Shown here piece by piece: positions 41,116-50,220 of a DNA stretch of 64,000 nucleotides; the stretch's first letter is position 1; each line of letters begins with the position of its first letter. Both the position numbers and the translations under genes were made by a program. Below the pieces are notes generated by a model that saw nothing but the letters and a program-made list of their open reading frames with translations, made no database searches and was not told the DNA's origin. The DNA is taken from assembly GCA_902785755.1 (NCBI GenBank), contig CACZZO010000010.1, positions 43,762-107,761 of the forward strand. The letters run 5' to 3'. The DNA comes from an uncultured Bacteroidia bacterium. GTDB taxonomy: Bacteria > Bacteroidota > Bacteroidia > Bacteroidales > F082.

Positions 41116-42327
41116 ATGAGCAAGTTAATCAAAACGGACACAAGTTATGCTGAATGGATAAAAAGCGTTAGCTTGCGATTCAGGCAAAGCCAAATCAAGG
41201 CTGCCGTCAAGGTAAACAGCGAACTCATCCGGTTTTATTGGGAATTGGGACGAGATATAGTGGAAATGAAAGCAGAGGAGCGTTGGACGGAAAACTTTTG
41301 GGAAAACTTGAGCCGAGATTTGCAAACCTATTTGCCAGGTGTAAAAGGATTCTCCATTACCAATCTTCAATACACGCGCAGGTTTTATCTGCTATATTCA
41401 ATGAAAGCAACCGAACACCCCCAAGTTGGGGGTGCTCTGGAAGAAGCCATAGTCAATGGTGAACACCCTCAAGTTGGGGGTGTCTCAAAATCAGGCAGTT
41501 ATCGAAATAGCAACGAGACAGCGTCACTATTGACGGACCAAATGTGTTGCGTGCCGTGGGGACACCACAAACTCATCATTGACAAACTGATGGGACAGCC
41601 CAAAAAAGCCTTTTTCTATGTGCAGCAAACACTAAAATACAACTGGTCGCGTTCCGTGTTGCTCAATTTTCTTGACACAGACCTGTTTGAAAGGCAGGGA
41701 AAAGCCATTACCAACTTTGAAATAACGCTGCCTGATGCACATGGCGACTTAGCCCAACAATTGCTCAAAGACCCCTATTGCTTTGATTTTGTGCAACTCA
41801 CCGAAAGATACAACGAAAAAGAGTTGAAAGACGAATTGGTGAAAAACGTTGAGCATTTCCTGCTTGAGATGGGGAACGGCTTTGCTTATATGGGGCGTGA
41901 GTACCGTATGTTGGTAGGTGAAACGGAATTGTTTTGCGACATGCTGTTTTACAACACTTTCATGCATTGCTATGTGGTGGTAGAAGTGAAAACCGAGAAG
42001 TTCGACAATGCTTTCCTTGGGCAATTGAGCGGTTATGTTTCCAGTGCAAATCATCTGTTGCGCCGCCAAGGCGACAATCCGACCATTGGCTTGCTCATTT
42101 GCAAAAGCAAGGACAATGTGCTGGCCCGATATGCGCTTGAAGGCTACAGCCAGCCGTTGGGCATTTCAGAATACGAGCTTTCAAAACTCTACCCTGCCGA
42201 GTTCAAAGGCACATTGCCAAGCATTGAAGAAATTGAACGGGAATTGAAGGACAACCATGGGCGTGGCCACATACAAAACCACAGCCGAAATGCCAGAGGA
42301 ACTGCGGAAAGCCATGCCAGATATTGA
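41116..42327 (+). CDS. YhcG-type PD-(D/E)XK nuclease (DUF1016 family); C-terminal ~25 aa probably read-through into a relic
   Basis: 403 aa. N-terminal DUF1016-like helical domain. Nuclease core ...FCDMLFYNTFMHCYVVVEVKTEKF (D...E.K). The family-typical tail LPSIEEIERELKD is followed by an atypical HGRGHIQNHSRNARGTAESHARY. Own TATATTTG box at 41088-41095. Confidence 0.75.
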   Translation: MSKLIKTDTSYAEWIKSVSLRFRQSQIKAAVKVNSELIRFYWELGRDIVEMKAEERWTENFWENLSRDLQTYLPGVKGFSITNLQYTRRFYLLYSMKATEHPQVGGALEEAIVNGEHPQVGGVSKSGSYRNSNETASLLTDQMCCVPWGHHKLIIDKLMGQPKKAFFYVQQTLKYNWSRSVLLNFLDTDLFERQGKAITNFEITLPDAHGDLAQQLLKDPYCFDFVQLTERYNEKELKDELVKNVEHFLLEMGNGFAYMGREYRMLVGETELFCDMLFYNTFMHCYVVVEVKTEKFDNAFLGQLSGYVSSANHLLRRQGDNPTIGLLICKSKDNVLARYALEGYSQPLGISEYELSKLYPAEFKGTLPSIEEIERELKDNHGRGHIQNHSRNARGTAESHARY

Positions 42328-42349
42328 GGAACTGAAGAAACTGCTGTAA
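42257..42349 (+). pseudogene. relic 3' end of a second, divergent yhcG allele (30 codons, +1 frame relative to 41116-42327)
   Basis: My translation is MGVATYKTTAEMPEELRKAMPDIEELKKLL*. It aligns with GISEYELSKLYPAEFKGTLPSIEEIERELKD at the end of the intact gene. Confidence 0.45.
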
Positions 42350-42412
42350 AAGAGGAACTACTATGATGATAGAACAAAACACCAACTACGCCTACAAGCT
42401 GAAATACAAGCC

Positions 42413-42532
42413 GACACCTGCCCGCATCTGTGCGAGTATTGCTATGCCAATGCGAGTAAGGATGTGGCGGCAAGGAACTATAACTATTACAAAAATAACC
42501 CGTGGAGTGAAACATTAACGGGAAAACAATAA
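42413..42532 (+). pseudogene. relic 3' end of a second, divergent DUF1848 allele (39 codons + stop)
   Basis: My translation is DTCPHLCEYCYANASKDVAARNYNYYKNNPWSETLTGKQ*. The intact gene end (40969-41082) reads NTCPHLCEYCYANASKEKAQENYNKHKMNPLGETITG*. The nucleotide alignment is clear from ACACCTGCCCGCAT onward, and there is no homology upstream of it. Confidence 0.7.
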
Positions 42533-42567
42533 TTAAATAGGTTATTCTGCAAATTCATTATAAAATT

Positions 42568-43353
42568 ATGACTGACAAAAAGATTATACTTATAGCATTT
42601 GGTGTGACATTTACCACAATAGTGTTTTATGCCATCTGTTTTTGGGGAACGGAGGTTTCTAAAAATACTACCGATTGGGGAGCATTTGGTAATTATTTAG
42701 CAGTAGGGGTTAGCATTTTTTCAGTAGCACTCATTTACATAACTTACCGAGAACAAAGAAAAACAAATGAGATCACTCGTTCAGAGCATCATATTGCAAC
42801 AATGCTAAAAACATTAGATGCATTATCTATGAAAAACCAATCAAGAATAGAAACTACATATTTTAACATATTAGAGCATTTCAAAGTGCCTTTTTATGAT
42901 TTATCCGAATATGAATACGAAAAGATTGTAAAAGTCTGCATATTCTATTACTCTTTAGCATTGGGAGAAAAAGAGGACTCAATAAAACTTAATTATTATT
43001 TTCAATATCTAAACTTGTGTATAGACAATATCATTCATAACAAAACATTATCCAAAGAGCAGATACAGCTTCATATAACAGAATTGTCATGCGTATTAAC
43101 AGAAGATTCAAGATTGCTGTTTTTCTTCTGGTTGTTGATTAGTGATCGTATTGTATTAGATTCATATTACAAGTACGGATTATTCATTATTAATGACGAG
43201 GCTTCACCTCTTTTAAAGGATATAGTTAGCTACATTTGTTCGGGTAAATGTCCAACAAAAAGTCAGACTCGGAATTTTAATGGAGAGGACATAATACTTG
43301 ATGATTATTCCAAGGAAAAATTCTCTGATTCATATTCAAGAATGTTTAAATGA
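42568..43353 (+). CDS. 2-TM membrane protein resembling the putative-AbiC abortive-infection family
   Basis: 261 aa and AT-rich. Two N-terminal helices, the second of which (DWGAFGNYLAVGVSIFSVALIYITYREQRKTNE) follows the AbiC-like pattern ...G.fG.......s...IY.[ST][FY].EQ.K.N as I recall it. The stop overlaps the next start. Confidence 0.5.
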   Translation: MTDKKIILIAFGVTFTTIVFYAICFWGTEVSKNTTDWGAFGNYLAVGVSIFSVALIYITYREQRKTNEITRSEHHIATMLKTLDALSMKNQSRIETTYFNILEHFKVPFYDLSEYEYEKIVKVCIFYYSLALGEKEDSIKLNYYFQYLNLCIDNIIHNKTLSKEQIQLHITELSCVLTEDSRLLFFFWLLISDRIVLDSYYKYGLFIINDEASPLLKDIVSYICSGKCPTKSQTRNFNGEDIILDDYSKEKFSDSYSRMFK

Positions 43354-46300
43354 CACGAATTATGAAACCGAATTCAAATTCTAAACGTTTTTTTGCCACA
43401 TTAGTGGCACTGGTCCTTCCTGTTTTACTATTGGGACAGACGCAATACGACTACTATGACGATGGTGCAGTTGCTGGAGGTGTGGACCGAGCATTAAAGG
43501 GTATTATTATCATTGGAGGAATTATAGCCGTAGTCATTGTTCTTGCGCTGATACTATATGTTGTAGCAAAGGTTTATTTGTGGTTTAATCCAGTGGCAAA
43601 CCCTGAACACAAAAGAACTATGGCTGCAACAGAGAAGGAAAGAGAAATGACTGTCGGAAAAGGAAATACGAAAGAAAAGGATAATCTCTCTGTTACCTCA
43701 AATGAAGAAAAGCCTATTTCCAAGAATGCAGACACGGTAGAATCAGAAGTAGTGAACCCTGCTTTCCCTGTTTCGAGATTGAGCAATGATGAATTAGAAT
43801 GTATTAAAAGCCTTATTAACCCATCAAAAGAAGAAACCGAAAAGACAAAGACTGACTTAAACTGCAAATATGGTTTTGCTTCTTATACACAGGACTATAA
43901 AAAGTTTGTATGTCTTAGTTTTAGCTACTGCTACATTGCAGAAGGAACAAAAGCGGTTCTAAAAATCTTAGATGGTACCGAGACAATCTGTTCAAATGCA
44001 ATAGATAGCGACTATCAACAACAAGTTATTCTACCTGATTCTCTCTTATACATTGGTGACAATTCAATTAAATGTAAATCCCTAAAGGAGATAATTTTAC
44101 CACAGTCATTAAAATTTATTGGAGACTTCGCGTTTTTTGGATGTGAGAATCTTCAGAAAATCACTATACCTTATGGCGTAAGTCATATAGGTATTGCTGC
44201 CTTTTCTAATACAGGAATAAAGGAAATCGTTTGTAATTCGCCCATTTTTTCCATTAAAGATCACTGTCTTTTTGACGACAGTGGGCATAGGATGATAAAA
44301 TACTTTGGGTCGGCGGACAAAGTAATAGTTCCTTCTGACGTAAATGACATTAATGGTGCATTCGCTGGCTGTAAGGATATTGAATATATAACACTTCCAC
44401 AAAGATTGCCTATTATAGGCGACCGAACTTTTATGAATTGTACTCGACTGAAAGAGATAATAATACAAAGTGGGCTTCAAGAAATAGGCCGCTGTGCATT
44501 TATGCAATGTCAAAGTTTGGATCACATTGTTATTCCGGAAGGTGTAACAATAATTGAGGAATTCTGTTTTTATTATTGCCAAAATCTCCGTTATATTGTA
44601 TTACCTAGTACTATAGAACAAATTGGCTCAAAAAATGCAGAGTTTTCTAATTTTGAAATCTTTGATGACAATTGTATTTCATTGAGACATATTTTTATTC
44701 CAGAAGGAACGAAAGAAAAATTTAAAAAGTTCTTCTCTGAAAAGATACTGGTTGAAGGTACTCCAGAGGAGTACTTTGCTAGAGTTCAAGAGATTGAAAC
44801 GACAACTGTTCCCGACGAAAAATTGATCACTACCACAACCAAACAAGATATTCAGGAAGGATGGACGGATGAATTTGGATACCGTTATAGCGCCGATGGA
44901 AGAAGGCTGTTAAGTCGAACAGGATTCTTTCAAGTAGTAAAAGACTATCAAGTAAAAGAAGGTACTGTTGTAATATGTGATGGCGTTTTTAAAGACAGCT
45001 CATTGGAAACTATCGACCTTCCCGATTCAGTAAAAAAAATAGGTGACAGTACCTTTTCTGGTTGCAAGCATCTTAAACGCATTAAAATACCATCAACTAT
45101 AAACTATTTCGGGACAGGGGTTTTTAGTGGGTGTTCATCTCTCCAAAGCATTTCACTTCCTCCTTCATTAGAAATGATAAGGAAATATATGTTCAATGGT
45201 TGCTCATCGCTTAAAGAAATAAACATCCCACTTGGTGTAAAAGAAATCCATGAACGAGTTTTTTATAATTGTAGTTCTTTAAGAGAATTGATTATCCCAG
45301 AAGGTGTTGAATTTATAGGTGATAATGCATTTGGTGGATGTAGTAAAGTTCAAGAAATTACACTTCCAACTACACTAAAAGAAATAGAAGGTAATCCATT
45401 TGGGGATACAATTTCATCAATAGGAGAAAAACAGTATTCCGTGGTTTGTAAATCACCACATTTTTCCAATGAGAACGGAGCTTTATACACTATTGACAAA
45501 AAAACACTGGTTTCTTGTCTTTCTAGTGAGACCAGATTTGAAGTTGTCGAAGGGACAATTAAAATTGGTGATGGTGCATTTTATGGAAATAGTTGTTTGG
45601 AATCAATCGTATTACCTTCAACAATAGTCGAAGTTGGGAACAATGCTTTCTGTGGTTGTTATTTCACACGCATTCTTTTACCGAACTCCATTAAAAAAAT
45701 AGGAGATTTCGCCTTTGGTAATTGCGAATACCTTTCAAAAATAGTTATTCCAGAAGGACTTGAGTATTTGGGAAAGGAGGCGTTTTGGGGGTGTGAACGG
45801 ATTTCGGAACTTGTATTACCGAAGACTCTTTGTACAATTGAGAAAGAGGTTTTTAGGGGGTGTGATTCATTAAGAAGTATTACAATACTCAATCCTAATA
45901 TCATTATTGACGATGAAGCTTTTAGTTTTACAGAACTACAACAGATAGAGTTTGCTGGAATCCCTTCTGTAGTCAATGGAGACCCTTTTTGTTGGGCAGA
46001 TAATCTCAAAGAGATTATTGTACCTTGGGGCACCAAGAAACAGTTCTGCTTGCTATTTCCTTCAAAAAAAGATATCATCAAGACAAAAAGCAAGGCAAAA
46101 GATGCAAACAAACAAGAGCAATTAGATTTATCAACTGAAATAACCGAACAATACAAAGCTGAAATCGAAGCATGTAAAGATGATAGCGATTTCATTTATT
46201 CTAAAGACGGCAGAAAACTATTATCTTGTGAGCGCAAAGAGACTTTAGATGAGCCTATGCCTTTTGAAGACGAGAATGGTCGATGGGTACTAATTTATAA

Positions 46301-47015
46301 CAATCGTATAATGGGCTATGATGAATACAATTCAAGGATGGACCTTTGGAATGACGAATTCTACTACGAGGTAACACCAGGAACACAAATAATATGCGAC
46401 AAAGCTTTTTCGCGATGCGAAAGTTTAGGAGAAATTCGCATACCTGAATCTGTTAAAGCCATTGGAATACGTGCGTTTGAGGACTGCAAATCATTGAAAC
46501 GGTTTACCTTCCCATCGGAAATAAAGGTTGTTAAGGAAAATTGCTTTATAGTCTGTACCAGTTTAATATCTGTCAAACTTCCAGATTCCTTGGAAATAAT
46601 AGAGAAAGGTGCTTTTGGAGCTTGTAATAAACTAAATAAAATAGAATTTCCAGAAACAGTCAAAACCATCGGTTTTGCGGCTTTTCAAGGTTGTCCACTG
46701 GAAGAAATCAATTTACCTAAAAACTTGGAAGAAATTGAAGCAATGGCGTTCTGTTATACAAAAATCAAAGAATTAAAAATTCCTAAAGAGGTTAAGGTTA
46801 TAGGCAGAAAAGCATTTCTTGATTGCTTTAATTTAAAGACGATAGAATTTGAGGGTGTTGATGTTGAATGCGACAATGCGGCTTTTGTTATCTCTACTGA
46901 TGCCGAAGGACATTATCGGAAAATGCAGTTAGACACGATTTATGTTCCTAATGGTACTAAGTCTATATTTGCATCCAAGTTTCCTGATTATCAAGAAATA
47001 ATTATAGAGAGATGA
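43350..47015 (+). CDS. 1221-aa membrane-anchored BspA-type leucine-rich-repeat (LRR_5) protein
   Basis: Signal-like FATLVALVLPVLLLGQ, then one TM helix (IIIIGGIIAVVIVLALILYVVAKVYLWF) and a charged linker. At least 4 blocks of ~23-aa LRR_5 repeats follow (LKEIILPQSLKFIGDFAFFGCENLQKITIP...). There is no T9SS C-terminal domain. Confidence 0.8.
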   Translation: MTRIMKPNSNSKRFFATLVALVLPVLLLGQTQYDYYDDGAVAGGVDRALKGIIIIGGIIAVVIVLALILYVVAKVYLWFNPVANPEHKRTMAATEKEREMTVGKGNTKEKDNLSVTSNEEKPISKNADTVESEVVNPAFPVSRLSNDELECIKSLINPSKEETEKTKTDLNCKYGFASYTQDYKKFVCLSFSYCYIAEGTKAVLKILDGTETICSNAIDSDYQQQVILPDSLLYIGDNSIKCKSLKEIILPQSLKFIGDFAFFGCENLQKITIPYGVSHIGIAAFSNTGIKEIVCNSPIFSIKDHCLFDDSGHRMIKYFGSADKVIVPSDVNDINGAFAGCKDIEYITLPQRLPIIGDRTFMNCTRLKEIIIQSGLQEIGRCAFMQCQSLDHIVIPEGVTIIEEFCFYYCQNLRYIVLPSTIEQIGSKNAEFSNFEIFDDNCISLRHIFIPEGTKEKFKKFFSEKILVEGTPEEYFARVQEIETTTVPDEKLITTTTKQDIQEGWTDEFGYRYSADGRRLLSRTGFFQVVKDYQVKEGTVVICDGVFKDSSLETIDLPDSVKKIGDSTFSGCKHLKRIKIPSTINYFGTGVFSGCSSLQSISLPPSLEMIRKYMFNGCSSLKEINIPLGVKEIHERVFYNCSSLRELIIPEGVEFIGDNAFGGCSKVQEITLPTTLKEIEGNPFGDTISSIGEKQYSVVCKSPHFSNENGALYTIDKKTLVSCLSSETRFEVVEGTIKIGDGAFYGNSCLESIVLPSTIVEVGNNAFCGCYFTRILLPNSIKKIGDFAFGNCEYLSKIVIPEGLEYLGKEAFWGCERISELVLPKTLCTIEKEVFRGCDSLRSITILNPNIIIDDEAFSFTELQQIEFAGIPSVVNGDPFCWADNLKEIIVPWGTKKQFCLLFPSKKDIIKTKSKAKDANKQEQLDLSTEITEQYKAEIEACKDDSDFIYSKDGRKLLSCERKETLDEPMPFEDENGRWVLIYNNRIMGYDEYNSRMDLWNDEFYYEVTPGTQIICDKAFSRCESLGEIRIPESVKAIGIRAFEDCKSLKRFTFPSEIKVVKENCFIVCTSLISVKLPDSLEIIEKGAFGACNKLNKIEFPETVKTIGFAAFQGCPLEEINLPKNLEEIEAMAFCYTKIKELKIPKEVKVIGRKAFLDCFNLKTIEFEGVDVECDNAAFVISTDAEGHYRKMQLDTIYVPNGTKSIFASKFPDYQEIIIER

Positions 47016-47479
47016 TTTAAAAGTATCATAGATACTGTAATGGATTTTATATATTTCCCCATTGGCAGCAGCAATCAGGCTTACCTTAACAATCGTGGAT
47101 TAGAATTAATTATGCCAGCATTTAATAGGGATTCATCAAAGCAATCATAAATTGTTGACACAACGAGGTTTAATTAAATTATTGTAAATTGCCGGTAATT
47201 TGTTTGGCGGTGGCATTATCACAAAAGACCATGCAAGAGAAACAATGGAGTTTATTATTGCCAAAATGAAGCGCGATATTGAAAGCAATCCAAATTTGCC
47301 ACGAGAGCAGAAAGGCCATGAAATAGCCATGCGAGAGTATTGTTTTAATGCGTTGAAAATGTCTATGGGGTTGTAGGTTTTAGTATTTTGCCATCTTTAC
47401 CCAACAATTGTTTATGTACAATAAGTTGTTATTGCCGATTAAGTTATCAACACCTCTTGCAAAGATGGATAATAGGCAG

Positions 47480-47487
47480 TAACTTTG
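47480..47487 (+). promoter_or_regulatory. -7 box TAACTTTG
   Basis: 22 nt upstream of ATG 47510. Confidence 0.5.
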
Positions 47488-47509
47488 CAAGGTCGCAAGA
47501 CAAACGAAC

Positions 47510-48724
47510 ATGTCATCATCCAAACCAGATATGAAACCACGGAAGAAATCCATGAAAGTCATTATCATTTGTTTGACTATCATAGTCGTGCCTATCATAA
47601 TAAAAGCCATCTGGGTCGGCATCGCCACAAGGCATAACGGCGACTTTGAAAGCGAGAAGGCAGTCATCATGGCGCGGCGGGATTTTTTGATAGAGAAGGT
47701 GATGACCAGCCCGCAAAAGCTTATCGATGAAATGCCCGCCATCGTCGGGCCTCAGTTCCAAGGGGAATGGGCGTTGTATTCATGCTCGATGCTGTCGGCG
47801 GCGTTGGTGAATACCACGTTGATATACGATGAGGATAGGGAAGCGAACATTGCCCGTATCGATAGCCTCATCCAGATTGTCATGTCGCCAGAACTACGGG
47901 CTTACGACCGAGAGCGATGGGGCGAAGACCCGCTGAAAACGTTGGATGGCAAAGAGAGCCACGTCTCTTATCTCAGTCATTTGGCTTGGATGATTGGCGG
48001 TTACAAGCGCATCGGCGGAGGCGACAAATACGATGAGCTTTATCATCGGCTATGCGAGACCATGAACCGCCGCATCCTTGATAGTCCAAACATGAATCTG
48101 CCGACTTATCCGGGCGAGTGTGTGTATGTGCCGGATATGCTGGTGGCCATCGTGGCACTTTCGGTTTATTCTCAGCAGTATGAAGGCAAGTATTACTCAA
48201 CCGTTTACCAATGGCTTTCTGAGGCCAAGCAGCATTGGCTTGATAAGGACACCGGGATGCTCGCATCGTTCTTGCCTGACGATAAAGAAGGGATGTATGA
48301 GGAAGCTCCCATCAAAGGCTCTTACTCGGCGTTGAGTTGCTATTACTTGACCTTCGTTGATGAGGAGTTTGCCCGTGACCAGTATGAGAGGCTGAAGGCG
48401 AACTTCTTGCAGAAGCGGCCTATCACGGGCTTCAAGGAGTACCACGACAGAAGATGTTGGCTTGGGATGGATATCGATGCTGGTCCCATCGTGTGTAACC
48501 TTAGCCCAACGGGAACAGCCTTTGCCGTTGGTAGTGTGACCTATTTCGAGGATTGGGCTATAAGGAAAAAGCTTTTGAAGACGGGAGAACTTGCGGGAAC
48601 TACCTGGCGCAGTGGAGGCAAGAGCCATTATCTGCTTGCCGATGTGGCCTTGGTAGGTGAGGCTATCATGCTGGCCATGAGGACGGCAGTTGGATGGGAG
48701 TTTACAACAACTCCAACGGATTGA
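47510..48724 (+). CDS. hypothetical N-terminally membrane-anchored protein
   Basis: 404 aa. One TM helix (VIIICLTIIVVPIIIKAIWVGIA), then a helical-looking domain. No family recognised. A TAACTTTG box lies 22 nt upstream. Confidence 0.6.
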   Translation: MSSSKPDMKPRKKSMKVIIICLTIIVVPIIIKAIWVGIATRHNGDFESEKAVIMARRDFLIEKVMTSPQKLIDEMPAIVGPQFQGEWALYSCSMLSAALVNTTLIYDEDREANIARIDSLIQIVMSPELRAYDRERWGEDPLKTLDGKESHVSYLSHLAWMIGGYKRIGGGDKYDELYHRLCETMNRRILDSPNMNLPTYPGECVYVPDMLVAIVALSVYSQQYEGKYYSTVYQWLSEAKQHWLDKDTGMLASFLPDDKEGMYEEAPIKGSYSALSCYYLTFVDEEFARDQYERLKANFLQKRPITGFKEYHDRRCWLGMDIDAGPIVCNLSPTGTAFAVGSVTYFEDWAIRKKLLKTGELAGTTWRSGGKSHYLLADVALVGEAIMLAMRTAVGWEFTTTPTD

Positions 48725-48861
48725 TTTGAAGGAAATTTCCTGCCTTGATACCGCCTTCTCTTTCTTGTTTTTGCCACTTCCACCCGACAATTTTCAACGA
48801 TTTTTGCAAAGTGTAGTTTGCAAATTTTACAATATTTTGTCGATTACATTCAACAATTTTG

Positions 48862-48869
48862 TATTTTTG
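48862..48869 (+). promoter_or_regulatory. -7 box TATTTTTG for the AAA_14 ATPase gene
   Basis: 35 nt upstream of ATG 48905. Confidence 0.5.
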
Positions 48870-48904
48870 CAGGCGAAAACTTTCCATAAATACACAAAAT
48901 AGAC

Positions 48905-50074
48905 ATGGATACCTTATTATTCAGATACCATAACCTGCTTAAGGAAACCGACACGAGTTTCTTGCGCTACCTGCACGACATCATTCCTTGGAACGATAGA
49001 ATGATTGCCATCGTGGGTAGCCGCGGCGTGGGAAAAACCACAATGCTGCTCCAACATATCAAACTGCATCTCCCCATGGAGAAAACGATGTATGTGTCGG
49101 CAGACGACCTCTATTTCTCCGATCATAGTCTGTTTGACTTAGCGCGGCAGTTCCACCAATTGGGTGGCGAACACCTTTTCATCGACGAGGTCCACAAATA
49201 CGCCAATTGGTCACAGGAGCTGAAAAACATCTACGACGCCGTTCCCCAACTGCAAGTGGTCTTCACTGGGTCGTCGATATTGGATATCTATCACGGAACC
49301 AGCGACTTGTCGCGCCGCGTACTGACTTTTACCTTGCACGGCATGTCGTTCCGCGAATACCTTTCCATGAAAAAAGGCATCCAAATCCCAGTCCACTCCT
49401 TGGACGACATCATGCAACACAAAGTGAATGTCGAGGGCTTGGATTATCCCTTGGCCGCCTTCCGGGATTACTTGCGGCAAGGCTACTATCCTTTTGCCGA
49501 CAGCACAGGCTTCGACATCCGCCTGATGAATGTGGTCAATCGCGTTATTGAGACCGACATCCCACTCTATGCAAAGCTCAATATCAGTTCCACAGTGAAG
49601 ATGAAACGGTTGCTCAGTGTGATTGCGGCCAGTGTGCCTTTCAAGCCCAACATCAGCAAATTGGCTGGCATTTTGGACCTCAGCCGAGAGACCTTGAATG
49701 ACTACCTTGAATACATGACTCGTGCTAAACTGCTCAACACCCTGCGCGACTCCACCCAAGGCATCAGAGGCTTGGGCAAAGTGGATAAAATGTATCTCGA
49801 AAACACCAACCTTGCCTACGCATTGACACTGCAGCCTGAAATTGGCAATATCCGTGAGACATTCTTCCTCAACCAGTTACAAGTGAATCATCAAGTGCAA
49901 ACCGCTGCAAAGTCCGATTTTCTGATTGATGGCACCTATACCTTTGAGATTGGCGGAGAAAACAAGCAACAGAAACAGATTACCGGAACAACCAATGCTT
50001 TCGTTGTAAAAGACAACATCGAATTTGGGGCGTTTAATGTATTACCACTTTGGCATTTCGGGTTGATGTATTGA
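48905..50074 (+). CDS. AAA_14 + DUF4143-type ATPase (orphan)
   Basis: 389 aa. Walker A GSRGVGKTT and Walker B LFIDEV, with a C-terminal region typical of DUF4143 proteins. Confidence 0.8.
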   Translation: MDTLLFRYHNLLKETDTSFLRYLHDIIPWNDRMIAIVGSRGVGKTTMLLQHIKLHLPMEKTMYVSADDLYFSDHSLFDLARQFHQLGGEHLFIDEVHKYANWSQELKNIYDAVPQLQVVFTGSSILDIYHGTSDLSRRVLTFTLHGMSFREYLSMKKGIQIPVHSLDDIMQHKVNVEGLDYPLAAFRDYLRQGYYPFADSTGFDIRLMNVVNRVIETDIPLYAKLNISSTVKMKRLLSVIAASVPFKPNISKLAGILDLSRETLNDYLEYMTRAKLLNTLRDSTQGIRGLGKVDKMYLENTNLAYALTLQPEIGNIRETFFLNQLQVNHQVQTAAKSDFLIDGTYTFEIGGENKQQKQITGTTNAFVVKDNIEFGAFNVLPLWHFGLMY

Positions 50075-50097
50075 TTTTTCAATATAATTTATATTTA

Positions 50098-50120
50098 TAA
50101 TGTGTATAAATTACACATTA
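50098..50120. promoter_or_regulatory. perfect palindrome TAATGTGTA-TAAAT-TACACATTA (candidate operator 1)
   Basis: 9-bp arms read directly from the sequence. The core is GTGTA-N5-TACAC. Confidence 0.5.
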
Positions 50121-50166
50121 CAACCATTTAAAAACCAACAAAATAGCATTATCACCACAAAATAAA

Positions 50167-50181
50167 GTGTAAATTTTACAC
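50167..50181. promoter_or_regulatory. perfect palindrome GTGTAAA-T-TTTACAC (candidate operator 2)
   Basis: Same GTGTA-N5-TACAC core, 32 nt upstream of the -7 box. A degenerate third copy, GCGTCAAATTTACAC, lies at 50220-50234. Confidence 0.5.
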
Positions 50182-50212
50182 ATTTTTCCATTGCGGGTAT
50201 CGGGAAAAGCTG

Positions 50213-50220
50213 TACTTTTG
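50213..50220 (+). promoter_or_regulatory. -7 box TACTTTTG for the Nudix/NrtR-like gene
   Basis: 17 nt upstream of ATG 50238, flanked by GTGTA-N5-TACAC palindromes. Confidence 0.55.
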
